A program made the translations under genes and the position numbers. From Moniliella sp. 'wahieum' (lineage: Eukaryota), in assembly GCA_003971905.1 (NCBI GenBank), contig RSEE01000017.1, positions 186,001 to 250,000 on the forward strand: a DNA stretch of 64,000 nucleotides, in the 5' to 3' direction. The notes under the pieces were generated by a model that saw only the letters and a list, made by a program, of their open reading frames with translations, made no database searches and was not told the origin of the DNA. Below, piece after piece: positions 49,868-63,305 of this stretch; within the stretch, counting starts at the first letter, position 1; each line of letters begins with the position of its first letter.

Positions 49868-52043
49868 TTAATACTGGTACTCATACTGCGGTGTGTACGA
49901 GCCATGGTAGCCTTCGCCGTGGTACTCTCTGCGATAGCCAGCCTCGCGCCCCTTGCGCGTGGCCTCCTCCTCCTCCAAGCGGTAGTCATCAGCAAAAGTA
50001 CGGTCCACATACGGCTCGGGGAACTTTGGAGGCGGCGATTGGTAGTCCTCTTCATCCTCGGGAGCAATCTTAACCACCCCTCGTTCCGGTCGCTTGCCCG
50101 ACGTTGCTGCCTCGCGGAAGCATACGTCGGCCCCGCCTCCTCCTCCAAGTTGACGGGGTAGTCGTCATCATCAATCGTCGCCTCATCGAGTCCATGATAC
50201 CAGGGTAGACCACACGCCAAGCATCATGGCAAAGAGAAAGTCAAGGTGCTCGTAACCATCCAGCTCGACGCAGTGCAGCACATCCACGTTCCGCTCGTAC
50301 GTCAACAACCGATCCGCCAGTGGTTTGCCAATCACCAACATGTCTACACTCCCGTAGAACATACTGTGGGGCGGGAAGGAAGGAGGGAACCACGGCACCT
50401 CCGAACGCGGGTCAAAGATGCAGCCCCGATGCGCCCAGGCGGCCATGTACCAGTACAGCAATTCACTCGACGTTGCCACCGCTGCGGTCCGGAATACCTT
50501 GGGAATTTGCCGCTTGGGCGTGAGGCGCATGTTGAAGTTGAACATAAACGCAAACAGGGCGGCGGCAATGTGGCCAAACAGCCAGGTAGGGAGGACGCGG
50601 TGAAACAGCCCAATTGCGGGAATGTAGACCTTGACCCCAAAGGCAAGAGACCACCATTGCCGAGACCGGAAACGACGCATCAGACTGAATGGGAACCTCC
50701 GCAGCACGGGCCGGCGTAAACAGAGGGACCAAGCGCGACAAAGACACTGAGCCTCTCCCCAAGCTCTGGCACCAGTCCGGGAGAAAGAGCGGCGTACATC
50801 GATCCTGAGCCTTGAGAGTGGCCAATGTAGCCAGCCGCGGGAAGCCCGTTACCTCACAGATAAACTCGACCACGTCCTTGAGGTCCAACGCAAGTTCCTT
50901 GAGTCCAAATGCCCAGAAGCGGGGGTCGTCCCTTCCGAAATGAGTGTGGCCAGCGCCGTAATTAGAACGAATGTTGGTCAGCCACACGTCGTAGCCCTGG
51001 TCGACCAACCAAACAAGGCTTCGCTCCTCGCACACAACAAAATGCGACGAGTTACACAAGATGCCATGCTGGCAGACAACAGGGTACCCCGGCCCTCCCC
51101 GGCGACGTGGATCGCTAATCCGATGTGCCTTGAGGATCCATCCGCCCTCGGTTACAATCTCATACTCGTCGCAAACGTATCCCCAGAACTAGAAAAGTGT
51201 CAGATCGGAATCATTTCGCATGCTGGAAGAGACGTACCTCAGCGTAATACTGCACACGTGCACTGCCGCGTTCTCCCGTGATACGCGTTTCGTACTCTCG
51301 GTCAGCACGGGAGCGGGGCGGACGTTTGGCAAAGGGGTTCATCGCATGGGCTACTGAGACGAAGAGAACAGTGCTCAAGACACCAAAAGTGAGCAAGAAG
51401 GAAAAGAACTGACGCATAGCCAGTTGAACCTTTTCCGTAGGACCAAACTCGCCATAGCGCTGAACAACATGATCAAAGAAGGGCATCTCGAGTGGCTCTT
51501 CGTGCATAAAGTCTTGCCAGGTAGGGTCAAAGAACGGCTCCTGGTAGTCGCCCGGGTGCCCTACCTCCCCGGCGAGTGCATCCGCATCGGTGGGCATGTG
51601 CTCGACGGAGAAGGGGTGTCCACGGTCCGCCTGGCGCGACGAGGCGCGATGGACGAGCACCGGTCGAGGCTGTTGGAGCAGGCCGGTGGCCACCGCCTGT
51701 TGATGGGAAGGCTCGGCAAAATGAGTGCCGGCGGGGGCCTCGGGGAAGGGAACAGTATTGTCTTGCTGGGTGAAACCATCGTAGGCATCGTTCGGGTTGA
51801 CACCGGATGCATGCAGGACGCCGCGGCTGGCCGGCCGGCTGGCTGGGACGCTGCCGACGTCTTCGTACTGCGACTCGCGATCCGACTCTTCGACATCGTG
51901 GATGGTGCCGAGGTTCTGTGCGGCGGGGGTCAAGGAGACGGGGTGGACCGGATGGGCTGGAACGGGGGGGGGTCGTGGATGGCGGCACCGATGGGGGCGC
52001 TGTCGGTCAAGGAAGGGGTGCCGGTGTGCGTGGTGGAGCTCAT
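49868..52043 (-). CDS. Alpha/beta-hydrolase lipase (Tgl1/Yeh sterol esterase-like)
   Basis: LVDQGYDVWLTNIRSN, FWAFGLKELALD, nucleophile GHSQG, catalytic YEHLDFL; N-terminal transmembrane segment. Confidence 0.88.
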
Positions 52044-53311
52044 GTCGTCGGTCTCGGTGGCGTGTCGAGGTCGCTGGCGGCGGTGGTGGCCAGCGGGGGG
52101 CGCAGGTCGGGGGGGGCGTAGGGGGGCGCCTGACCCTGGCCGCGCGAGCGGGAGGGGTAGGCCGGGATGGACATGGCGGCGGCGCGTGGATGGTGGGGGC
52201 GGGGCAGCCGAGGCAGCCGCTCTCAAGTACGATGGCCGCGGCGGGCTGCGTCCTGAGTGTGAGTGCTGAGCGCCCCCCGCCCACACTCGCCGGCTGCTGC
52301 GCGGGCCACGGGGGCAGTGCGCGCACAAGCCCCAATTGCGGGGAACAAAGCCAACCGCGCGTCGCTCACCGATGGGTGCTGGTGCACGCATGAGTCGCAT
52401 GCATGATGCGGGCAGGGCGATGCGTGAGCGCCCAAAGCGACGGCGAGGGCCGACTGGCGCCGTGGCCTGCTTTTTTTTTTGAAACGATCGGCGCCCCCAC
52501 TGCCCCGCCCGGAAGCACACGGGCGACGAAACGACGGCCTGCTTGAGGGTGGCCACTGGAGAATGACCTCATTGATATTGATATTGATATTGATCAGTCA
52601 CTAGTTGCGTTCGACGTTTAGCCAACGCTTCCGGTTACCCACCCTTCCCCCCCGCCCCGCCGCCAGGGCCTCGGTCATCGCAGGCGTCGATCTGCAGGCG
52701 AGCTGCCCCCTGCTCGCTTCGCCCCACCGTCCCACTGCCCCACTGTCCTGAGCCATATACTCCAGCCCACAACGGCACGCCGTGGCAGCCTACTTTTCCA
52801 GCCTACCAACTACTGCAGCCGCCTATATTATTGACAGAAGAGCTTAAGGCTAGTGGGACAAAGAAACGCTGCGTCCAAACTACAAGCACATATCGCCCGA
52901 GAGGAAAACAAGATTGCCACGCCATCTATCGGTACCTTGGGACGTCTAATCTCGGTGGCACAGGTAGGCTGCGCATTGAGGGACAGAGAATGGGGTATGG
53001 CATTGACAGGGGCAACAGCGATACCGGCGTCGTCGCCAGTAGCAGATCAAAGAGGGGCAGGGGGAAGAAATAGAATGGGAAGATTCTCCAGTATGAGAGA
53101 AAAGAGGAGGAGAAGAAAACAGGGAGAGAGAGAAGCAGAGCCAGGTTTGGGATATCTATTGACAACAGTTGGGCCGTGGCGCCTTGGCCTTCATTGGAGT
53201 CGTAGAGAGTAGGACAGAGTAACTTTTGGTCGTTCTTTTGGTCAAGGAGAGGCACCAGGATCCCTGCTAACGTTGTTCCATTTCCTTGGTCCCACCCGCC
53301 GCGCCAATCAT

Positions 53312-54924
53312 TCAATCATAGGCGACCGCGGTCACCTCGGACAAGAGCACAATACGGGAAGTGCGGCGGGTAGGTTTGGTATCGGCGCTGGATTCCGTCC
53401 CGACAGATACGTCTCCCTCCGTGTCGGCGGAGATGTGCGTGTGGGAATGAGAACGAGGGTGCCGGAGTGTTCCCAAGAGGTGCAGTGTCTTGCTCTCACT
53501 GGATGAGCGGCGATGAAAGGAGAGCCGCAACTTGCGCAGATTGCCCGACGTGTGCCGCTTCACAAGCATCCCGTCCGCCTCACTTTCTTGGGTAGGTTTG
53601 GCCTGTCCTGATAAGGCGTGATCAAAGGAAACATGGCTTGCCTCTCCCCCCTTGGTGGGACTGCCGGTCGTATCAACGCTGCTTGTTTCTGCATTAGTTG
53701 AAGGGTGTGCAGCACGGGCAGTTGCGTTGACCCCCTTAAACGCTGAGGGGGGAGGCGGATGTTTAGCCTGTTTAGAGTGTGGACGGGGGCTTGCTGCGGC
53801 TCATCCTTGCTTGGGAGCTGGTCTGATTCTCATTTGGACGATGAAGAGAAGAGGAACGAGCCGGCACCAATGGAGTTGTTACTGCTGCCTCCGTAGCACA
53901 CCAGGAGTTACCTGCTGCGTTTCTTGCACAGTCGGTTTCTCGGCAATGAGATGAGAAACGTCCTGAATAGGAGCAGCAGCCTCTTCCGCCGCCTTGACAG
54001 AAGTGGGATGCTCAGTTTGATTTGCATGTGCAGTAGCGTCTTCCACTGGTTGATCAGACACTTGCTTTTCAACGGCCAAATCCCGTTCCGTAGCCAACGC
54101 AGGCACCTCAGGTTCGGCTTCCGATGCGGGCGTCTTAGGTTCAGTTTCCGCCTCGGTCGTCTCATGTGCCGCTTCCCCACCCGGCGCCTCCTGTGCCCGA
54201 TCTAGGGTGTCCACCGCCGGGTTGGTTTCCACTGCACCCACCTGAGGGTCACTCGACTCGGAAGCTGGCTCAGGCGTCTCGTCGGGGTTCATGCTGGCAG
54301 GTTCCAGCTTCTGCACCGAGGGGATGCGTTCTACTCCTCCGCCTCACCCTCGAGAGCCGGGGTAGTTGGTGCGGTCGAGTCCCGTTCCTCTTCCTGGGCG
54401 TCATGCTGGCTGGACGCTTGGGCCAGATCAGGAGCGGCAATGGGCTCTAGACGGTCCACCTCATCCGGGATCTTGGGTGTGGGTCGGCGATAATACCCAT
54501 TGACTTGGAGCGGAACTGGGCTGAGGGTAGCCAGCGCGTCCGAGTTGAGCTGCTGCTCTTGCTCTTTCTCTTGTTCTTTCACTGCTGCCTTGCGGTGATC
54601 AATTGCGTGCAGGCACCAAAACAACCAAAACGCATTGCCCTAGAGCAGCGTAAGAGGTACCAAAATGAGCCAAGTGCTCCGTCGCCAAGGCCGGGAGGAA
54701 CTTGGCCAAGGGAAGGTCGCATACGACGGGCGATGAAGAAGCGCCGTCCATCACGATGACTGGCAGCAGGAGCACCTTGGCTCCTTGAGCTGAACCAAGA
54801 GCCCAAGCTTAAGCGCTACCAGCGCCCCGAGCGCGGCTGGGTTGGGTGTGGCAGACCGGAGAGCAACGGCGGCGGCCTCGGTAGCGGCCAGGGCCAGTGC
54901 ACCAAGCGCGGGCGCAGCAGACAT
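53312..54924 (-). CDS. Hypothetical protein: hydrophobic N-terminus, acidic low-complexity C-terminus
   Basis: Chain of same-strand ORF fragments with coding-like composition, starting MSAAPALGALALAA; no family recognised; bounds uncertain. Confidence 0.45.
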
Positions 54925-55720
54925 GAGCGTGGGTAGGAAGGGAGAAGAGGTGGTGGTGGTAGTGGTAGCGGGGGTTGGCTTGGGGGGGAGGCAGCCAGCT
55001 TCCAACGCCCATGCGCGTCTGGGACGGGTGGCGCTGATAGGACAGCGGGATGGACCGTGTGGTGCTTCTGCGCCGGCACCGCGCTGCCGCCCGTGCACAC
55101 TGGCGCTGTGCCCGCCTCATGCATGTGGGACACAGGGGCTAGGGTGGCCGGCCGTGGCTGCCCCGTGCGCGGCGGCGCGGCGAAGGCGAAGACGATCGCG
55201 CAAATCGTATAATTTTGGGGGGGTTGCAGAAGCAAGCCAAACAGCGGAGAGAAGTTTTTCCCAAGCCAGTTTGTGCCCCTTCGATGCTATCCAGCTGCGT
55301 GTGTTCTGAGATGTACGATTTAACAGGCCATCTGTGCTCGTACACCCCTTCGCACGTCTTGCCCAGGCGCTCGCCCACCGCCAACATTCGATGGTAGAGA
55401 GTGGAAACAGATACAGACATACAAGTTGCTGTGGGTGTCTATCAATACAGATCTACCATGGTCACGCCTCAGGGGCACATCTGAAGCAGGCACAATCTGG
55501 GGTGGATTTCAGGCATCAAGGCACCGGCTTCAAGCTTCAGGGCCGCTGTCCCTACAGCGTGAAGCAGCAACTTGAACGCAGAGACTTCAAAGAGCCATCC
55601 GGGCAAAAAAGAGGGAGAGCAAAAAGAAGGAGGCAGCAGAACGAGAGTGGTGTGGGAACAGAAAGGGAGAGAAAAGGGTGAACGTTGAGCGCTGATGTTG
55701 ATGGGCCGGATCCGAGTGGT

Positions 55721-58700
55721 TTAGTTGCCCAACAAGATTTCCAGCGCCCGCTCTTGACGGTAGTTGGCCAGTTCCAGGGCACTGACCACTTGACTCCGAC
55801 CAAAGCCCATGGCAGTCAACCGCTTGACGGGTGGAATGTCATCTGCCATGGCAGGTGTGGGCGTGCGCGGCACGGGCGCTGGCGCCGGCACCGCACTCGC
55901 CTTGGCCGGCGCAAACGAGTCGTCAAACTTAAAGTCTGGCGCTTCTGAGACGCGTGCGCCGAGAAGGGAGCAGACGAATCAAATCCCGCGTTGCCAAACG
56001 AATCATCAAAGAGAAGCCAGTGTTCACATCCGGGATAGGTAGAACGGGTGCGCCTGTGCTACTCGTCGAAAATAGCTTGGGCCCCAGACGAGGCTGCTTG
56101 GTCGGCGGGGGCGGGGGCATACGGCGCGAAGTAGATCGCGTAGGCGCGGGAGCTGAGGCAGCCGCAACCGGAGCAGCAGCGCCGTTCCAAATGAGGGGGC
56201 AAAGGTAAAGTCGTATCAAACGAGTCGGCAAAACGTGCTCTTCGACTGCACCCCGGCGCGTTCGATGCAGGGAAAGGAAAGTTGTCAAAGTCAGCAAACG
56301 AGGCCGCAAAGTCGTCCATGGGGCCCAACGCAGCCGCTGAAGAGGCTGGTGCGGCTGCGGGGGGGGCGAAGCCAGTCGCGAAAGGATCTTCCTCAGCCTG
56401 AGACGGAGCAGTCTCCCGTGCCTTGGGAATAGGAGGGGGAGCCCGACGGGACTTGGTCGTGGACGGAGTGCGAACAGTCGATTGAACCGCGGGGGGCTCT
56501 GGTTTGACGGCGGCAGCTGCCACGGGGGCCGCAGCCGTGACGTCCGTCCCAATAGGGGCGAAATCGTCCCCAAATGCAGAGTCAAAGGCAGAGAAGGCAG
56601 CCTTTGGAGCCGCGGACGAGGAAGGTGCCTGGACCGGAGCCTGGGGTTCGTTCAAAGCCAACTTGCTCGCTTCGGTCGTCAGGCCCGAAATTGGATCAGC
56701 CGAGCTGGTCTGGACGGGGGAGACGGAAGAACCCTGCACATCTCGGGACGCGTCCACTGACGGGGCAGGAAGCACAGCAGCCTTCTCGACCGTCGGCTCA
56801 GCAACAACGGGCCCTTCGGAGAGAGGCCCACCAGTCGCAGGCCCAGCACCCTCAGGCTCCGCAGCTGCCGACTCAGAAGCCACAGGTGCAGCGAAGGCAG
56901 CAGCTGGCGCAGCGACCGCAGGCACGGCAGCCGCATACCCAATGGCTTCCGTCGGCTGTGCAAATCCAGAGGGGGAGATGTCTGTTGGCTCCTCCGCGAT
57001 TGTCTTGTCAACCCGCTCCGATTCGGGCTCAGCTTCACCGTCGAGCGCGTCAACAAAGTAGTCGTCTGCGCTGGACACAGTGTCGCTGCGGGTACCACGA
57101 CGTGTACTGGGTACCGGGGGAGGCGAGCGACGGGCCGGGGCCTGGGGTGGAATGGGGGCATGGTGCACATTGGGCTCCCTAACGTCGGATACGGGCAGAG
57201 CCTCCCCAGCTGCCGCAACAGGGGGCAAGACCGAGGCCTGGGCATCGCCCGAACGCAACGGCGTCTCTAGCGCGTCCTGGAACCCATCGCCCGGAGTTCC
57301 TGAGGCAGAACGAGGCAGATCAAGGCTTGCTTCGTTCTCCGTCTCACGCAGGGAGGTAGTCGCCAGGTTCACTGCAGCGGCAGGGGGAGGTGCAAGAGTA
57401 GATTCACCCTGCACAGGCTCCGCCGCGAGATCAGCAGCAGGGCTAGCAACAGGCTGAGTGGGCTCAGTGGCACTGTCAACGGCGGGCTCGGAAATGGGCT
57501 CCGTGGCAGCTCCGATCGCAGGGGTCGCACTTGAATCTACAACATGGGCCTCCGACTCGGGCTCAGCTGCAATGGGGACGTCCCGCTGCGGTTCCGTAGC
57601 AATGGGGTCCTCGTTCTTGACCAGATTCGGTTGAGCCACCTCTTCCGGCTCAGTCAAATCGGACTGTTCGGGCAGCGGATCAGGGTTAGACTTGTGCCCC
57701 CAAAAGCGAGTGCCGACACTGGAAATGCGCCGAGCGAGACCCAATCCGGCAGCGCCGGCTGCCGCAATGCCCAGGCCTAGGTGCGAATGGTGATGGCCGT
57801 GCTCCGCTTCTTCCGTCGACGGGAACGCCACCTTCTCCTGTGGCGCACTCGCGTCGGGGACCTGAGAAGCGGTAGCCGAGGCATCCTGCGCAACAGTAGC
57901 GGCCTCAGCAGGGGAAGGGGTGTCCTCAGGGACCGTCAACCCGTCCTGTACGGCAGGCTCGACGGTATCGGTCGCAGTGCCTGTGCCCGGAACGTCAGAC
58001 GTCTTCTGAGCCAACTTGATCTCTGGAGACACCGGAGCGACGGGGGCAGGACCCTCGACCTCTGTAGACACAGGTGCGACGGGGACAGGACCCTCCACGC
58101 CAGGCACATCCGGGATCGTCTCGGTATTGGGGGCATCTTCTCCTTCCGGGACAGGAGGGATGACAGGCTCTTGTGTCACTGCCGGCTCAGTAGCTTGGGA
58201 TGTTCCCACACCAATAAGAGGAGAGCTGCTGGTTGCGATTGGCTCCCCCTGTAGGGTAGGGTGTGGCTCTTCCGATTCAGCAGCGGGCGTAGCTTTTTTG
58301 AGTTCATCGGGTACATGAAGAGGCGCCTCTGCCTCCGACAAGACCTGGGTGGTTGCCTCGGCAGGTAGCTCGCCTTCGGGGGCCTGGGCCGACGTGGGGG
58401 CGTGTAGCTGGTTCAGGTGAGCCAGCGCTGCCAGACTCGCTGCGCCAGCAGCGCCCGCGCCAACGGCCACACCGGCGGAAAGGGGTGCTTCCACCTTTGA
58501 AGCAGGCTCGGTTGGGAGAGGTGCCGAGGGGGCGGGGACCGCCTCGTCCACCTGTTCGGACTGTGCCACACCCTCGGCTTGAGAAGGGAGAAGGTAGGGA
58601 GCAGGAATGGGCTCAGCCTGAGGCTCAGACACGGGGACTTGGTCGCTTGGTTTGACAGGCTCAGATACTGCGGTAGGCTCCGCCGCAGGAACGACTACAT

Positions 58701-61700
58701 CGCTTGTCAACCCCACCTCGTCCGAGTGAGCACCTGTAGCGAGGTGGGCTGGGTCGAACAGATCCTGCGGCGGCTGTGTGGGCTGAGCATCTGAGTGGAA
58801 GATCGGATCAGCCACGCCGAGCGGCTGCGAAGAAGGGATCTGAACCGGGGCAGGGCCGGTCGTGGCGCTTGAGAGAGCCCGTGCTTCAGCTTGAGCCGCT
58901 TCTTGGTCCTGCGGGAGAAGTTGCTCTCTCCTCCCAGCGTGGGCAACTGTGTACGATCATCTTCGTTGAACTCTGTCGGCTGAGATGCAGGCTCAGCAAG
59001 ATCAGTCTGAGGCTCCACATGGCCAGCAGGAACATCTTGAGGCTCCACAGGCTCCTCTGGAGGAGCCTGGCCCACAACACCAAAGTCCTCTTGGAAGCCA
59101 ATGGGGGCAGGGGCACGAGTGTCCTGCTGCACTTCCGAGCTCGGGGAAAAGGCGTTGCTCGCTTGCGAGTCCGCTTGAGTCTCGTCCAAGGAGGACGTGG
59201 GGTGAAGCTCAGCCTCAGGCGGAGACTGGTCAAGCGTGCGGGAAGATACACCGGAAGGATCGGCGTCGTGCGTGGCTGCAGAAAATGCGGGGATGGCGGC
59301 CGCACCAAGACCAGCACCAACGACCGCAGGCGCGATGGAAAAGTCATTGTCGAACCCGTGCGCGGCCGGAGGTGCTTGCTGAGCAACGGGAACACCAACG
59401 TTGTCGTCAAAACCGGCAGGGGAAAACTGGGAGGGTTCTCCCGGCAAATCACGAGCCAGGTCCGGCGAAGTAACATTTGTCTGAGAGATGGGCTCGGCCA
59501 CATTTTTCGTCAAGTTCGAGGGCGCTTCCGTGACTGGCGCCGACGGAGTTGGTTCATCCTTGCCAGCCGACAAGCGCTCCATACTCTCGCCCCATTCGGG
59601 GGGGTCCGAAGCTTCTTTGGGGTCCGACACGAGCTGAACCTGGACAGGGACCGGTGCTGCGGGTAGGAGCAGGGTCGCGCTTTTCAATCTCTTCCGCCGC
59701 TGTGGCGAAATCAGGGGCCGAGGAGATAACATCTGCGATATTGGCATCAGGGCCCCATTCGGGCGGCTTAGATGCCTCCTTGGGGTCCGCAACAAGCTGC
59801 ATCTGAACGGGAACCGGCGCCGCATCAGAAGCAGGGTCCACCGCTTCAATCTGGTCGGCTGCAGTGGCAAAGTCAGGCGCAGTAGCAAGGACGCCTGCCT
59901 CTTGCGGAGCATTTTCCGGAACAGGCTTAGATGGGACGTTCTCCCCGCACTTGGTTGAGGCGAGTCAAAGCCCGTGGCTTCGTCAAAGGAAAATGCCTTG
60001 CCAAATTCAGGAGCCGGCGCTGCTGCGGAAGCAGAAGCAGGGGCAGGGGCAGGGGCAGGAGCAAATGAGCCGCCAAACGCATCGTCAAACGAAGAGTTGA
60101 AGGCTGGCGCGGGCGCAGGGGACGATTCGTGGTGGTGAGCGAAAGCAGCGGCACCAGCACCCAGGGCCCCACCAGCCAGAGCACCCGTGGCCCAAGGAGA
60201 AACCGAAGGTGCAGATTGTTGCGGGGGGAAGAAAGCTTGATCGAAAGGGTTGGTGCTGCGCTCCGAGGCCACAGGGCTAAAGGCACCAGGGGGAGCAGGG
60301 GAAGCAGGGGAAGCCAATTTGGTGTCAGTGGCAGGGAGTCCGGATGAGGCTGCAGGAGCAGCAGCACCGGCAGCACGGGTAGCTTCCTCCTGCTTCTTCT
60401 GAAGGGCAGCCTCTTCCTCTTGCTTCTTTTGGAGGGCCTCTTCCTCCTGTTTCTTTTTGAGAGCCTCTTCCTCGGCATGCTTCCGGGCCGCTTCCGCGGC
60501 GGCGGCGGCAGCGGCCGCGGCCGCGGCAGCTTCAGCTTCACGTTTCTTCGCCAGTTCATCTTTCAGTGCCTGGATCTCAGCTTCCAGTGCGGCTGACTTA
60601 GATTGAATCTGGCCCACTTGCTCGTTGGCGGCCTGGATCAAAGACTTGTCCTGCTCCATCTGATGCAGCAGTTCTTCCTTTCTTGGCGAAGCTGGGTCTG
60701 TTCTTGTTCCAATTGAGTCAGTTGGGTCTTGAGAGCATCCAGTGCCTTGGTCTCTTCCTTGGCTTTGGCCGTCAGCTCGTCAAATGCCTTTTGCTCATCG
60801 TCAATCTCCCCACCGGCGACATTCAGCCGGGCACGCATCTCGGCCACCGCATCTTCGTCCGAGGTAATGCCCTCTTGGATTTTCTGGCGCTCAGCCTGCA
60901 CTTTTTGCAGCTCCCGCTGAGCCGCCTCGAGGAAGACGGCACTCGATTCGGCGGGAGGCGCGCGAGACGCCTGCGTCCCCCCCACTGTTCCTACCGTTGT
61001 TGTCGATGCGGCACGGGCAATGGGTTGGGGCGGCACCGAACTGGTAACGGTTGGGCTAAGCGGTTGTGAACTGGGAGGAGGCGCATTCAACGCTTGTTGC
61101 CGCAACGGTTGAGCCGCGTTCGCCACAGCCGGCACGCCCATCGGCGGTGCTGTAGTGACCAAGGACGAGTCAAAAGCAGCATCGAACGCAGACGGCGGGT
61201 AGTGGATCGACGTTTGTCTGGAGCGCGAGGCGGAGGGCAGAACCGACTCGTCAAAGGCCGTGTCGAAGGGAGTGCTAGCCTGGCTCAAGCGACGGGTTGA
61301 AGCAGCACGGCTGAATCCCTGCGTCGAAAAGGGTAGCGCTCCCGCAGTCTGCCCAGCGAAGAAGTCACGCTGCGTATCGCTGGTTTGAGGGTTAATCGGC
61401 GAAGGCAGGGCTTGGCTGCGCAAACTCGGTGGCACCAGCGTCGAAGAGAGCACGTGAGGAACTTCGGTCCCAGCCAAACGACGGTTGATCAAATGCATTG
61501 CCACAGCAAATTCGTCCCTGGACAGCGAACCCGTTTGGGTCACATCCGCCAAGTCCCTGTGGTTATCGGAATCATCAGTCAGAGATGGGACGCATCGATT
61601 GGCGGATGAAAGAAAACGTACCAGACACGAGCCAAGGTGGTCTCGTCCAATTTGGATTGCAGGAAGAAGGGCACAGCCAGAGCGCCTTGCAATTGGCCCG

Positions 61701-62796
61701 TTTTGTTCGTGTCGAGGTTGTCAAAGAAACGATTGGCATTGGCCTGCTCTGCGGGGGTGATGTCCCAGACCGGAGCACCATATGACCCGGTCGGCTGCGC
61801 GGAGACGGATGCAAACCCGGTCGCTGAACGGGATGGAAGCGTGCCTGTGCGCTGGGGGGCAATGGGCGCAGGAGAGAAGGCAGTAATGGACTGGCGCGAG
61901 GGGGCGCGCTGAACCTGTGCAGTAATGGACTGGCGCGAGGGGGCGCGCTGAACCTGTGCAGGAGTGTATCCGCGCGAGGGGGCGCGCTGGACCTGCGCAG
62001 GAGTGTATCCGCGCGAAGGAGGCCGGGCGGGAGTGTAAGATCGGGTGGGCAAGGATTGGCCACCGGAGGCTTGCTCGTACAGTCCCGGCGGCAGCGAGGC
62101 GGGGATACTGGGGATGGAACCGCTCATGACGCCCTGGATGTAGTACATGGCGATGGTGAAATCAGTCAAATCCAGTGCACCGCGCGAGTGGGTGTCGGCC
62201 AACGCCCAGATGTGTCCGAGCTTGTCGAACGGGAGCTTGGACTTGAGGAAGACTTCCTTGGCCTTTGCGCCATCCAGCAGTCCGCCTACGGGGCCGGCGT
62301 TTGCAAAGATACGCGCGTAGCGTGACTTGGACGCGGGGCTCAGGTCAATAGCAGCGGCCGGAGTGGCAGCGGCGGCGCGCGGGACGGACATGACGGAGGC
62401 CGAACGGGAGGGGGGCTGCTGGACCTGTGGATACACAACGCCGTCGAACACGGGCGGGGCGATGGGGCTCGAGGCGAGGGCAGGGACGATGGCGTGGCCC
62501 TGCTGGGCATGGGAGATGAGGCGGAGGGCGGTGCCAAAGCTGCTGGGGTGGGAGGAAGCCGACATTGTCGCTGTCGGCGATGGCCCAGATCTGGCCGAGG
62601 ACCGCGGGGGGGAGGCGGGAGGCGGCAAAGAACTTGACGGCCTGGTCGCCCACCAGCACGCCAGACTGGCCTGGATCAGCGAGCGACCAGAGATGGGCAA
62701 ACGCGGTGCGCTCGGCCGGGGTGAGTGCCACTGCGCAGGCGGGCGAGGGGCTGTCAGGATCGGATGGGGGGTCGAGGGGGGGCACGTACACGACAT
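55721..62796 (-). CDS. EDE1: Ede1/Eps15-like endocytic scaffold: three EH domains, coiled coil, long low-complexity region, C-terminal UBA
   Basis: LGQIWAIADSDN, LGHIWALADTHSRGALDLTDFTIAM and ADVTQTGSLSRDEFAVAMHL (EH domains); NPF/DPF motifs; VKRLTAMGFGRSQVVSALELANY (UBA); stop at 55721. Confidence 0.9.
61880..62016 (-). repeat. 39-bp coding tandem repeat (about 3.5 copies) between EH2 and EH3
   Basis: Encodes PSRGYTPAQVQRA / PSRQSITAQVQRA units. Confidence 0.9.
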
Positions 62797-63305
62797 GAGG
62801 GATACCAGTGGCGGGCAGCGGCGAGGGCGGGGGCGGGGGCGAGGACAGCGGCGGGGGCAGTGGCGCGGGAGGGGCGGAGGCAGCCAGATGGAGGCTGAGC
62901 TGAACGGGCGCTGGCTGGATGCATCCTTCGAGCGCAGCCAGCGCAGCCAGCAGGCCAGCAGGCGCAGTGCGGGTGCGGCGCCCTGCCAGGCACTGCCCCG
63001 TGCATGCGCCTGCCTGCGCCTGCGCAGCCCCCTTGCGTCATTGGCATCTACGCGCCCCCCGCTTGCGCCGTGCGGCCTGCGTTATGTAAGGTGCCGATCA
63101 TTGTCTGCCCAAGCCATCGTCCGCGGACAGTGTATATACACCAGCGCACCCACACAGCCCACTGCCACTCTCGCGTCTGTTTGCTGCTCCTCCAACTCCA
63201 TTGCATTGCAGGCACCCACCACCACCGGCCACAGCAGGCAGGCAGGCAGGCACTCGTAGTGTACAAGAGGGGCATTTCCGCCGCTCGCAGCCATCCGGCC
63301 CGCAC

